Part shown: one piece after another, positions 44,901-55,434 of the stretch
How the letters are laid out: each line of letters begins with the position of its first letter
How positions within the stretch are numbered: position 1 is the stretch's first letter
DNA from: a virus
Taxonomy: Duplodnaviria; Caudoviricetes
Direction: 5' to 3' (one strand)
DNA length: 55,434 bases
IMG/VR virus record: IMGVR_UViG_3300033153_009453
Coordinates: 1-55,434 of that record
Notes under the pieces: generated by a model
What the model saw: the letters and a program-made list of their open reading frames with translations, nothing else
What the model was told of the DNA's origin: nothing
The model's database searches: none
Program-made: the position numbers and the translations under genes

Positions 44901-46109
44901 TGGTAGTTTAGCTCAAGAGAATTTAGCAAACTTCTCAACTCATTCAAAAGTTAGCTTCTTAAATTCCTCGGAAAACATTTGAACTCATTTTTGAACTTCT
45001 TTATTTCTAAATAAAGCTTTTATTCATCACTTACCTAAATCATAAGCCTTCTTTCAAGCTTTATAACCTCACTTTACAGCCTTAGGTGAGAGTTTAATTC
45101 ATAGACTTGTTAGAAACATTAAAGCTCACTCAGTAGCCTGTGGGTCATCTTCCCATAACCATTTTCAAGTCAAACCGTAGTAAGGTCAAGCTACTGCTGC
45201 AACTCATACCCCTAGTTTAGCCATATTAGTTAAGCTAGGGTTTATTGTATTCTCTAAGGCTATCATTGTTTTCCCTACAGCTGTTTTAGGTCAAGCTTTT
45301 AAGGCTAGCTGCCCTAATCATTTAGATATTCATCACATTGTAAGCAGGTTTGCCACAACATCATAAACTATAGTGTATGGTTCAAGCTTTTCTAAATCAT
45401 TCCTTAGTTCTCAGTCCGATTTTTCTACTATCTTTCTTCTTTTTTCTTGTGCTGTGTCCATATTTAGGTAATCATTCATACTTAAATTGGTTCAAAATAG
45501 ATATTCAATTCTATCTTGAAAAGCTTCTGTGTCTTTTCACGCCTTCATCCAATCAAAGTCTCTAAACTCTACCATTGATTTATACATTTCCTTTGTATTG
45601 AAATATCAAGCAGCTCATATAGTATATAATGAACCAAAAGGCTTACTAATAGCAGTATCTACGGGTTTATCCATTACTTGAGCAACTCACTTTAATACCT
45701 TTCATGTTCATTCCTTAATTTGTTCTTCAAAAAGCTTTGTTACACTGTCTTTAACTGTAAAATCTTCTGAGGACTTTAGCTTTCATCATACTTCCGTAAA
45801 GCCTATATCTTCATCCGTTATTTCTTTATTTGGAAGAGTACTACCTCTTCAATATGTAGCGTAAGTCTCAGATGCCGGAGTATTTTCTACTGGTTTATTT
45901 ATTATTAGGTTTTTGTATGTTTCTGGTTTATTTTCTTTATAGGGAGCAGAACTTAGCCCGCTCTCCTTTCTCATTATAGTAGCTGTTTCATATAAGTCTT
46001 CCTCATCATCTTCCTCATACATTGTAGAAAAGCCCTCAGTCTTATATCTCCAAGCTTTCTCTTCCTCATCCTTTGTAGGGGGAACATATTTCCCAAAGTA
46101 ATCTGCCAT
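41970..46109 (-). CDS. Large internal virion/DNA-ejection protein, C-terminus LPD38-like (1379 aa)
   Basis: Three ORF-track fragments join through TGA. Largely helical, with FIPYLN, PPWLKQVLEVTSNKDFFRDKDLV and SPIKLEKFF; last gene of the podovirus structural operon. Confidence 0.65.
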
Positions 46110-46126
46110 TTGTTTTTAAATTAAAA

Positions 46127-48532
46127 TTATAAAGCATCTAAAGCACTGTAATCTCCCTCTTCTTCCTCTTCTTCTTTTTCAGCCTTCTTAGCTCTTTCAG
46201 CTATCTCGTCTCCTATTATAGCTTTTATAGTTTCAACCCCAGCCTTCTTGTCAGGGTATTTTTTGAAATATCTAAAATATTCTTCTCTTACGTTTGATGG
46301 ATTTATTTTGTCCATCACTTTTGATAATTCTTTAGTACCTTCTATGTCCTTCTCTTCTCTTGCTTTCTCTTTATTCTTTTTATCTGCAAACTCTTTTACA
46401 TTTTTAGTTGGACGCTCCCCTTTAAGGACACTATCCAACATACTTAATAATTGACTACTTGATGTTAAAGCTCTATTTCAAGCAACTCATTTATAAGTAC
46501 TTTCATTACCTGCATCTTTTGGTAGACTTGCCCATATTCCGCTTATTCTCTTTTGGAATTGTTGAGGTGTAATCTTTCAGCTCTTAAAGTCATTAAAGCT
46601 TGAACCCATTAGCTTCATCGCCATTTTATCTTGTAATTCAGGTGTAAACTTTTCATTTCAAGTTAATCCCATATCTCTAATTAAGCCTCTTAATGTTCAA
46701 CTAACTATTTGATATTTCCCCATTGCTCATCCTATATAATTCTCTCCATCAGATGATAAGTAAAGTCTACTTTGTTGAAACTTTTGTAGTTCCTTTAGGG
46801 TCATATTAGTAATCTTTGTTTTAGTTTGACTTCAAGCTCAAAATAGAGCTTCATAGTTTCAATTGGTTCATTCAGCACTTGAAATAAAATCTAGTAACTC
46901 ACTAGTTCAACCACTTCATGCAGTATAATCTTGGTTTTCAACATCAAACTGTCTTGCTTCTTCTCTAGCCTTAGCTTGGTCAAGTGCATATTCTGCTCCG
47001 AATTTAGCTTTGTCAAATGCAAACTTCCTTTCCTCTAAGGAAACAGCACTTTGTCTTGCTTTGTATTCAGGTGTTTCACTTAGGACTTGCTTTGTAGCAA
47101 TAGCTGTAGCCTCTTCTAGAGTGCTTCAACCTTCCATTAATCTGTGGACATTACCGTTTATTTCTGCTCTAGTCTCTTCCGATGTAATATAACCTTCCCC
47201 CATCATTTTAGATACATTAGCTGAAACGGATTTCGCTATTGAACTTTTCTTAATTGAAGTTAAATCAATTAAGTTTAATCAAGCCTTTCTTGCTAAAGTA
47301 TCTAATTCAACATCATTCATTTCAAATAATGCTCAGCTAGTTATTTTATCATTTATATTCTCTTTTGCTAAACCTTGGTCTTTTTCAATTTGGTTTTGTA
47401 TGTCTATTTGATATTTATATCATCTATCTTGAATTTTAATCATATCATCTATATGTTGGCGTTCTAAGTCTCCAACTTCACTTCTATAATCCTTTAATAT
47501 CCCATCTATTGCTTCCTCCTTCTCTTGAGTACTTAATAGTAAACTCTTAGTAGTATCTTGTATTCTTTTTTCTGCTTGTTCATCTAAATCATCTAACTTA
47601 TCAGAGTAAGTATTTATTGTTTGATTGATTAATCAAGAATATTGCAGATTAGCTTTCTCTAATTCTATACCTACCTTAGATATTTCCACTCATGTAAAAG
47701 CTTCATTATAACTCATCTTAGCTTTTATTTGAGCTATAGCAGCTATTCAGTCAGTTGCTATTTGTTGAGATTGGTTTATAATTCAAGAACTAAAACCTAA
47801 TCATAACTTTTGATAAGCCCAAGCTGATTGTTGTCTTTCTATTTCTATTGCAGCCTCTGCTTCTATAATTGAGTTCTCATTTTGTATTCTCTGGTACTCT
47901 TGTGAGGCTTCTAATTTCTCTCTATCAGCCTCAGCTAACCTCATTGATAAGTCTTTCTCTTTCTGTAATCTTTCAACCTCTCAAGCTTTTTCATCTTCTA
48001 ATCTAACCCTCCTTTCATCTTCTAATAAAGATAGTTTTTCATCTTGTTTCGTTAATAAATCTTGTAATTCTTTTGCATGGGTCTCTGTTCTTTCTATATC
48101 AGTTTCTTTAGCTGTTTCCAAATCAGATATTTTAGTTTCTTTTAATTCTTCCAACTTCTGTCAAGCTGCTGTATTTTGTGCTAATATTTGTTCCGCCGTT
48201 CATTTAACGTCTCAAGGTTCAATTGTAGGAGTTGAAGGTGCATCAACTGTTCCCGTAGGCGTTGTAGTGTCTTCTCCAACTAAAGAAGAAGGAGTAACGG
48301 GGGTATCGGCGACCTTTAATCATGTTCAAGTTGCTGCTATTTCCGCTGCATCATTCCTACTTCCAGCTGTTTCTTTTATATCTGGGGTTAATTTAAATCA
48401 TTTTCCTACTACCTTACGGGTACGTTGAACTGGTTTTACTGTCGCTGGTTTTGGCGGTAATACTTTATTTGTATCTTTCCCAGCTCACGGAATAGTTGCA
48501 GTTACTTTCTTTTTTCCTCTTACTACTACCAT
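46127..48532 (-). CDS. Internal virion/ejection protein with lambda-R-like lysozyme domain (801 aa)
   Basis: Long coiled-coil, then LLDFISSAEGT...AMGKYQIVSGTL...FTPELQDKMA...IWASLP (muramidase/transglycosylase motifs) at ~46500-46900. Confidence 0.75.
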
Positions 48533-48546
48533 ATTTTATTTATTTA

Positions 48547-50364
48547 TTAATAATAATTTGATTGTGAAACTCTTAAAGGTTTAATTCTAAAGTTTACACT
48601 TGAAACCTCCACATATCAATCTCATTCATGGGTAAGTCTGAACTGAAATATTCTTGCATCATCAAATAAGTCAATCTTTTCTCTAAATCTATTGGTAACT
48701 CAAGTTGCCGCAGAAATTATTCTTTTAGTTGGGTTAGCTCCTGTTCAAATCTCTAAAGCTACTCAGTCTGCTAGTATTTCAATTTCTAGATTTTTAGTAC
48801 CTCAAATTCAAGTTATATCTCATATAACTTCTACTTCTTTTCCCCTAACATAATCTACTTCATCTATAAAGGCGTACTCCTTACTTGTTCTAGTTCAGTC
48901 TGTAGTCCATCAATCATTATCTTCATATAGTTTTCAGTTAGTTCACTCTATAGAAAAGTAGCATCATTTAGCTACTCATACATTCTTAGTTGTTTCTTTT
49001 ATCCAACTTTTCTCATCAACATTATAACAATATATAATATCGTTAATTGTCGGTGTTCATCATTCCTCTACTGTTGTAAACCTTAGGTTAGGATAACAGT
49101 AGTAAAGCCTTTGCTGTATTCAATCTATATCGCTGTCTTGGTTGTTAAACCATTCATCTACTTCATCACTCACTGCGGTGTCTCTAAGGGTTGTTAAGTT
49201 CTGCTCATAACTTAATCTCCTAACCTTTTCAGTAATTCAATCATAGTAAAATATATCTTGTTCTACTTTTACTATACAAGCCTTGTCTTTAGCTCAATTA
49301 TTTGTAATTTTATTTACATTGAAATTAAAACTTGTTCAAGTATCAGTTTCACTATTTGAATACCATATTTCATCTTCTTTGAATATATACAATCAATTCT
49401 CTCATACTATTAATCAAGCAATATTACCATCTCATCATACCCTTTGGGCTCATGCTGAATAGGCTGTAAAATCCATTACTAGATGGGGCTCTGATGGAGT
49501 TGATGTTTTAGAAAAGTATAATACATTACTGTCTTCTAAAAAGTACACAAACTTACCATTATAATACACTCAACCTTTAGCTTTTATTAAATCTGAACCA
49601 TTGTACATATTAACTCAAAATAGACTATCTCAGCCTCATATATTTTGATAATATTGAGTATTTCATCCATCTGTAATTAAAATTAAATCATCTCAACTTT
49701 TAATTATTTCAGGGTTAGTAACATCTCAACTAAATTGTCAAAGTCCCACGTCTCAAGTATTAGCTCAAGTATCTGATACATCAATTCTTCAAGCATTTTG
49801 CTTAGCCCAAATAAATAATCAATCTAATTGTGTTAATCAAGGTGTATGGTAATAACTTCATACTTCACTATCAATATTTGTATCAATAATATCAGTTACC
49901 AAAGCTTCATATACATCATCCTTAGTATCTCAAGCTTGAACTGTATAACTCGAAGCTATAGGTCAATAACTAAAGTCTACTCATGTTACCGTAATTTCAT
50001 ATACCTGTCAAGCACTTATACTTCATGGGATATTCCAAAACCAAGAATGTATATTATTATCATTATTAAGCCAAATATTATTAACTCACTTTGTAATCTC
50101 TAAAAAGCTACCATAATGTGTCATATATACATTTTGGTCTATTATGTCAACACTTCTAATTTCATGGTTACCTATTTTATTTATTTGGTTCAGCTCATAT
50201 TCTTTATAGCCTTGACTATTTATAAGCTTATTTCAAAAAAAGTTCCAATTCTCTTGAGCTAAAGCTTGTATATCTTCTATTTCACTTGGATAATCTCTAA
50301 GGTTAACACCTCATGTTAAGTCTTTAAGTCTAAAGTCCTGAAATCAATGGGTATATCAAGTCAT
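48547..50364 (-). CDS. Tail nozzle/stabilisation protein (P22 gp10 / T7 gp12-like; 605 aa)
   Basis: N-terminal DLTGGVNLRD, beta-rich, with LYFSKTS and LYIFKE. Lies between the adaptor and ejection genes. Confidence 0.65.
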
Positions 50365-50377
50365 ATTTCTTTGTTAA

Positions 50378-51451
50378 TTATAAATCATCATAAAATCATT
50401 CTGGTATAATTTCTATTGTTCTATATTCTAATCCTCTATCAAAGGTAGAAGCAAATCAAATTTTACTTTTCGTTTTCCTAGTTCACTTAGCTTTATAAGC
50501 TTTATATTTCCTGTACTCTTTTTCAAAAGCATTCTCGTAGTATTGCCATCTATCGTCTTCTCTAGAAGCTAATAATCTATATACTACATCATATACAGGT
50601 ACTCTCTTATATCTGTAAGGAAGGTTTAGTATATCTTCATCTTTAGTCATTATAGCGTAATCAGGAACATACTTTACGACTAATGTATATTCAGTTGAAC
50701 TATATGGAAGATAAAGGTACTCATTTCCTTGGTAGTCTTTTATAATTGTAAATCTATCTATAGTATCCATATAAAAATCTCTACTGTCAATATGTTCTAA
50801 TTTATATCAATCCACATATACTTCACTTACTCTTTCTACTCAATATGGTATTCTATGTCAAACAATCATTCTGTCAAAATCATCTATCAAATCATTTCCC
50901 GCTACTTCAAATTTAATTCAGTCATAATCATAATAATTATAATAAATTCATTTTCAAACTAGAAAGCTTCACATTATAGCTAATGGATAACTTTCAGCTG
51001 TAGTGATACTTACTGTATTCTGGTCTTTCTCAACCGTTAGTCAGTTTAATCATTTTAATGAGTAATGCTGTATGTTACCTCTTTCAGGTACTCAATCTAA
51101 CATTGTTCAAATTGTCTGATTTAACTCTCTTCTTATTTTAGGTTTAGGATAAATAGTAGATGAGGAAGTTCTTCAAATCTCTTCCCAAACTTCATCTATT
51201 AAATCTCACAATGTAACTTCGCCGTTACCTAAAATATCCCTTTCTTCCCTAGTAAAAGAAGAAATAGTAATTGAAGTTACTGGGGCGACTGTTACGGTTA
51301 CTGTATCATGGATGAACGTATAAGCTGTTCATATATCACTTCAATCAACAATTATATTACTTATATAACCTATATACTCTTCTAGAACATATTCTTTATT
51401 TGCTCCATCTATATCTCAAGTTGGAACTTCATTCTCTATTAGTTTTAACAT
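50378..51451 (-). CDS. Head-to-tail adaptor-like protein (357 aa)
   Basis: TLGDLIDEVWEEIG N-terminal helix and LNLPYRYKRVPVY; lies just before the nozzle gene. Confidence 0.55.
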
Positions 51452-51470
51452 ATTTGTACTTTATTTGGTA

Positions 51471-51554
51471 TTTAAATCATTTCTTAGAGCTTCTAGGAGG
51501 TTTTAGGACACATTGTACCTAATCATTCTAAAAGCCCCTTAGAAAGCATTTAAA
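51471..51554 (+). repeat. Dispersed imperfect palindromic element, copy 3
   Basis: TTTAAATCATTTCT ... TGTACCTAA ... CCTTAGAAAGCATTTAAA, with the same 40-bp AAATC-to-core spacing. Confidence 0.55.
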
Positions 51555-52130
51555 TTATCTTTTATTTTCTATTACTTCTCTAGCTCTCGCTATTTCAATT
51601 AACTCTTTAGTTTCTTGTTCTGTAAGAGGATTATTTCCTTCGTGAGAATTAAATATTGGCTCAATTCAAGCTTGTTTTAAAGCTCTCTCCATTATTCAAG
51701 AATATTTACTTTGTTCCCCTTGTTTAGTCTTTGCTTTGTCTGTAGTTCCTTCTTCTTTATAAGGTATTCAGTTATCTTGAAAGTGTGGTAAATCCTTTCA
51801 CCGTAAATCAAAACCCCAAACAATTCAATATTTGGCTGCTATATTAGCTATTTTAGTCCACTCTTTTATATTACTTGGATATAGTTCCTTTCACCTAAAG
51901 GCTATATCGATTGCCTTTCTTGTCTTATGGTAAGAGTTTAATGTCCAAGTAACCTTATTTCACTTCCTAGTTCTTCATTGTCCATATAAATATATTTGCC
52001 TTTCTTGGCTTCTATATGTTTCAGTAATGAATACTTCCTTTCAGGCTTCCTTAATAAATAACTCTACTTTCCTTTTAAAAGAGGGTGTAAGCTCATTAAT
52101 ATCTCGGCAAGGTGTTTTTATGTTAGTCAT
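51555..52130 (-). CDS. Endolysin, peptidase M15 (L-Ala-D-Glu endopeptidase-like; 191 aa)
   Basis: CRDINEL, ITETYRSQERQ..LY.QGRT, SYH...AIDI and GIVWGFDLxGKDLPHFQ. Confidence 0.9.
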
Positions 52131-52135
52131 AATGT

Positions 52136-52312
52136 TTATGTTAGCTTTTTAAAATAATCAACTTTAGGAAGGATTATTCCAGAAGGCTTATCTTTTCTAA
52201 TCCTTTTCCTTTTAAGCTTTCTTTTAGGCTTTGTAATTCTAACTTTTACCTTTACTTTCCTTTTACCTTTTTTAGGTTTAACTTTTATAGTTGTTTTCTT
52301 TACGTAAGCCAT
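52136..52312 (-). CDS. Very basic small protein (58 aa, about 26 K/R)
   Basis: MAYVRKTTIKVKPKKGKRKVKVKVRITKPKRKLKRKRIRK... Confidence 0.6.
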   Translation of the reverse strand: MAYVKKTTIKVKPKKGKRKVKVKVRITKPKRKLKRKRIRKDKPSGIILPKVDYFKKLT

Positions 52313-52315
52313 TTA

Positions 52316-52450
52316 CTATTTATTATATTGTAATATCGGTCATTCTGCTATTAAAGCAGTTTTTATTTCTTCCAGTTGAAAGCTTTGATATACTTCCACT
52401 CATAGTATTAATAGAATTATTACAATTAATAAATAAATACTATTTTTCAT
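52316..52450 (-). CDS. Small single-TM protein in the lysis cassette (44 aa)
   Basis: TAATG coupling to the holin and a hydrophobic N-terminus. Confidence 0.55.
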
Positions 52451-52758
52451 TATTTCTTTAATCATAGTTTCTCTTTTATTATATTAATTCAATCTTTTTC
52501 TATATAATCTAGAATAGGAGCAGTTAGGAAACCTATAACTCATATCAAAGCATATTTACTATCTCCCATAGTTGCTGGAATTGCCCATCAGGCTATTACT
52601 CCTAACCATCAAGCTAAGAAGGCATTCAAGAGAAACATTCATCTCTTAAAGATTACTTTTTTTTTCCTTACTTGGTTTAGATACATAACAATACCTCATG
52701 TTCAACTTACACTTGCGAAGATTAATACTTGTTTCCACATAGCTAATTTTTCTTCCAT
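52450..52758 (-). CDS. Holin (LydA-like, three hydrophobic segments; 102 aa)
   Basis: Gly-rich TM helices and a basic C-terminus, adjacent to the endolysin. Confidence 0.65.
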
Positions 52759-52765
52759 TTTGTTT

Positions 52766-52963
52766 TTATTTGTTGTAATTTGTTAAATACCTTCTAAGTC
52801 CATCTATTGATGTACCAGCTATTAACCCATATATTATTTTCATATCAAAGTTTCCACTTTGAATTTGTTCTAGGAATATTAGAATAACAGGTGTATAGAT
52901 TATAAGTATTTGCCTTACTATTCTTTTTAAATCCTCTTTCTTTAATTCGTATTTGTTACTCAT
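52766..52963 (-). CDS. Second holin-like membrane protein (65 aa)
   Basis: Two hydrophobic segments, within the lysis cassette. Confidence 0.55.
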   Translation of the reverse strand: MSNKYELKKEDLKRIVRQILIIYTPVILIFLEQIQSGNFDMKIIYGLIAGTSIDGLRRYLTNYNK

Positions 52964-52969
52964 TTTATT

Positions 52970-53635
52970 TTAATTATAAGATAATCAGCTTCATCAATTA
53001 TATAAGCTTGTAATTTCTGCTTGTGTTAAAGTTTTACTCCAATATCATGTTTCATCAATTTTTCAATCAAATCATCTATTAATATATGTTTGTCATATTT
53101 GCAAAGAAGTTGTTGTTGTACAACTCCCACTAGCAGCCTGTGTTCATCTTAATACTCAATTTAAGTATATTCTTATGTTACTACCATCATATGTTGCTAT
53201 TACATTATACCATGTACCAGTAGTTATAGCTACAGAGCTTGTTATTCATGCAGCAACTCAATATAGATAGATATTAGGATAATCTGATGTACTTAATTGA
53301 AAATGAAACCCCGCACCGGTTGTTGTTGTGCTTCATATTATTCATCTATAATTTCATAGTGCATCTAAATAAATCCAAGAACTAATTGAAAATGTTGTTC
53401 AAGGAGTTATATTCGAAAGCCCAACATAATCAGTTGTTCAGTTATAACTATATGCTCAGTCTACCTTTCAGCTTGAGGTATATGAAGCTCAACTTATTGT
53501 TCATGTATTACTTCAATGTGCATCTGGAAAACTACCATTAGTATCAGCTCTCCAATAACTAACTAGTCATGTGGTTAAGGTTGGATGACTACTTATCGTG
53601 CCAAGGTTAAATATATATGGGTTTATTATAAACAT
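52970..53635 (-). CDS. LamG/concanavalin A-like domain tail protein (221 aa)
   Basis: GLVSYW, FSISSWI, WYNVIATYDG and FDGKIDETGYWSKTLTQAEITSLYNGG. Confidence 0.85.
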
Positions 53636-53636
53636 T

Positions 53637-55434
53637 TTATTGGTGTCAAATTATATAAACTTTCAATCATGTCTCGTCTGCGTCTCATGTTACCGCATCA
53701 ATATCAATTGTTATTTCAGCATCATCTGCTAAAGCACTATCATCTATTACGGCAGGAGTTGCGGCTGTTGTACTTGTTAACTCTGTATTATCAATTGTTA
53801 GCTTAGTTGAAAGTATTGTTGTTCAACTCTCATTAATATCAATTGTTGTAGTTCAGCTTGTTCATCAAGCTCATGTAAGTGAAGCTCTAACATCTGTTAC
53901 CGTGAAAGCGTAAGGCATTCTAAATGTTAACTTCTCTGTTCAGGTTGTTAATGCTGTAGTCTCATCTGAGGCTGCAAGAGCTATAACTTCTGTATATCAA
54001 TCACAATTACTTAAATCTCAACTTGCAGGCACTCCTAATGCTGGAGTTACTAATGTTGGAGATGTAGCAAATACTAACTCTCAACTTCATGTCTCATTAC
54101 TTATCACACTTGCTAATTCTGCGGAGGTGGTAGCTGCAAATTGGTCTAATGGGTCTCATACTACTGCCATATTACCTAAATCTACATTACTATCAGGCAT
54201 TGTAATTGTTCTTGTTGTAGCTGTTGTTATTCAACTAGCATCTAGTGCTATTTTCTTTGTTGTATCAGCTGTATTTTCAACCCTGAATGTACTATCAAGA
54301 AATGTTGAAGAAGCTGATGTAGAACTACCTGCTGCTGTATTAGGTAAGGTTCACCTCAAATCATCTCAAGCTCAATCATAAGCTGTAAAGTTACCTCAAC
54401 TTAATCTTCATATCATTCTATATATTAATATAGAAGTTCATTTAAAATCTTCATCAATTGAAAAGTCTGCATACTTACTACTATCTTGTCTAGCATCCGC
54501 TTCTGAGGAATAACTTCAAGAAGGCTTACTAATATATAATTTACTGTCAGATGTTAAATTACTATAAGTGTAATAGAAAACATATGGAACATATTTATTA
54601 TTAATACTTCAACCTGTACTATCTGTTGTAATACTCGCCATATTAGTTATAGCTGTGTATGGTGTTGTTTCATCATTTTTTATGTAAAATGTAGCTGGAC
54701 TTGTAATTGCTGGAGTTGCATGCTTGTGCATTTGAAACATCACTCAACTTGAAACCGCCACATTTACAGTTGCTCCTCAACTTCAACTATAACTAAGTGC
54801 ATTTCAACTTTGCCAAGTTGCATGTTGATTTCTAATCCATTCATTAAGATGTGTCATATGTCAGTTATCTCCTGATGTGAAAACATGGTCTGCCCATTCA
54901 TGGGTTTTATATGTTCAGCTTGCCGCTACAAATGTAGCACTTCAAACAAAGGTAACTAATACTGGCACATATTCAACAGATGGAAAACTTGTAGTAGAAG
55001 TAGTTAATAAATTTGTACTCTTAAGTATATAAACATAGTTTATTTGTGGGACTGTATCTGTTCCAGCTGTTAGATTAACACTTGCTGGACTTGGAGTACA
55101 GTCTAATGTTTGTATTCAGCTTGATGTTGAATACCTTACATCTCATGTTCAAGTCTTTTCTAATGTAGCTGAAATTGTACCTCAATCAGATGTTACGTCT
55201 ACTGAGCCCTCATCAATCATAGCTCAATTGAAAAAGTCCATTAACTCTCAATTATTTGAGAAGTAGGTGTCAATTTCATCATGGGTTGTAGTTCAAATGT
55301 CTGCTATATTAGTATGACTTATAATTGCCTCTATTTCTCAAGCTGTCTGGTCAGCTGTAGCCCCTGCCTCTATTCAGGTTAACTTAGTTTTCTCTGTGTC
55401 TGTATATAACCTATTTGTACTTCAATCTGTATGA
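53637..55434 (-). CDS. Tail fibre protein, 3' part (joined to 902..1 across the junction)
   Basis: DTTKKIALDASGITTATTRTITMPD and C-terminal DDAEITIDIDAVTG...GLKVYIIG; in frame with the ATG at 902. Confidence 0.8.
55321..55434. repeat. Terminal direct repeat, copy 2
   Basis: Identical to 1-114. Confidence 0.97.

Noticed and set aside
115-54381. Many ORF-track entries on the strand opposite the called genes (e.g. 115-342+, 2512-2775+, 4045-4344+, 24572-24877-, 46248-46454+, 54127-54381+)
   Set aside because: They are antisense shadows of long code-25 genes with recognisable motifs on the other strand.
1-55434. Mass pseudogenisation, or TGA=Trp (code 4), as the explanation for the fragmented ORFs
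   Set aside because: Interruptions are TGA only, never frameshifts, and fall at invariant Gly positions (P-loops, GDxHG, KxDG).
1-55434. Integrase, repressor, tape measure/sheath, reverse transcriptase (DGR or retron), introns or inteins in terL or nrdD, suppressor tRNA-TCA
   Set aside because: No diagnostic motifs seen. terL and nrdD are uninterrupted and of normal length, and no cloverleaf with a TCA or CCG anticodon was found by eye.

Overview
This window is an apparently complete, circularly assembled, AT-rich tailed phage genome of 55,320 bp (bases 1-114 recur exactly at 55321-55434). It has podovirus-like architecture, and I recognised no integrase or DNA/RNA polymerase. The supplied ORF track is fragmented because TGA encodes glycine genome-wide (code 25-like), which points to a Gracilibacteria/Absconditabacteria (CPR) host. 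In-frame CGG codons repeatedly fall at tryptophan-like positions, while CGA appears to remain Arg, suggesting a second reassignment. The minus strand (9304 to 1, wrapping from 55320 to 41970) carries the virion and lysis operon: TerL, MTase, portal, TerS-like, scaffold, decoration, major capsid, tail fibre, holins, M15 endolysin, adaptor, nozzle and two ejection proteins. The plus strand (10799-41917) carries small early genes with repeated promoters, an amidoligase/GGCT/GATase module, RNA ligase plus PNKP, replication initiator, primase-helicase, SSB, nucleases, NrdDG and tRNAs. The most unusual items are a compact (378 aa) arginyl-tRNA synthetase-like gene, a tRNA with an extended anticodon arm beside a second cloverleaf-like RNA, a large structured ncRNA between two tRNAs, sigma70-like promoters with a near-constant 16-bp spacer, and several dispersed DNA motifs. 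All coordinates and translations were done by eye with TGA=Gly, and no database searches were run.
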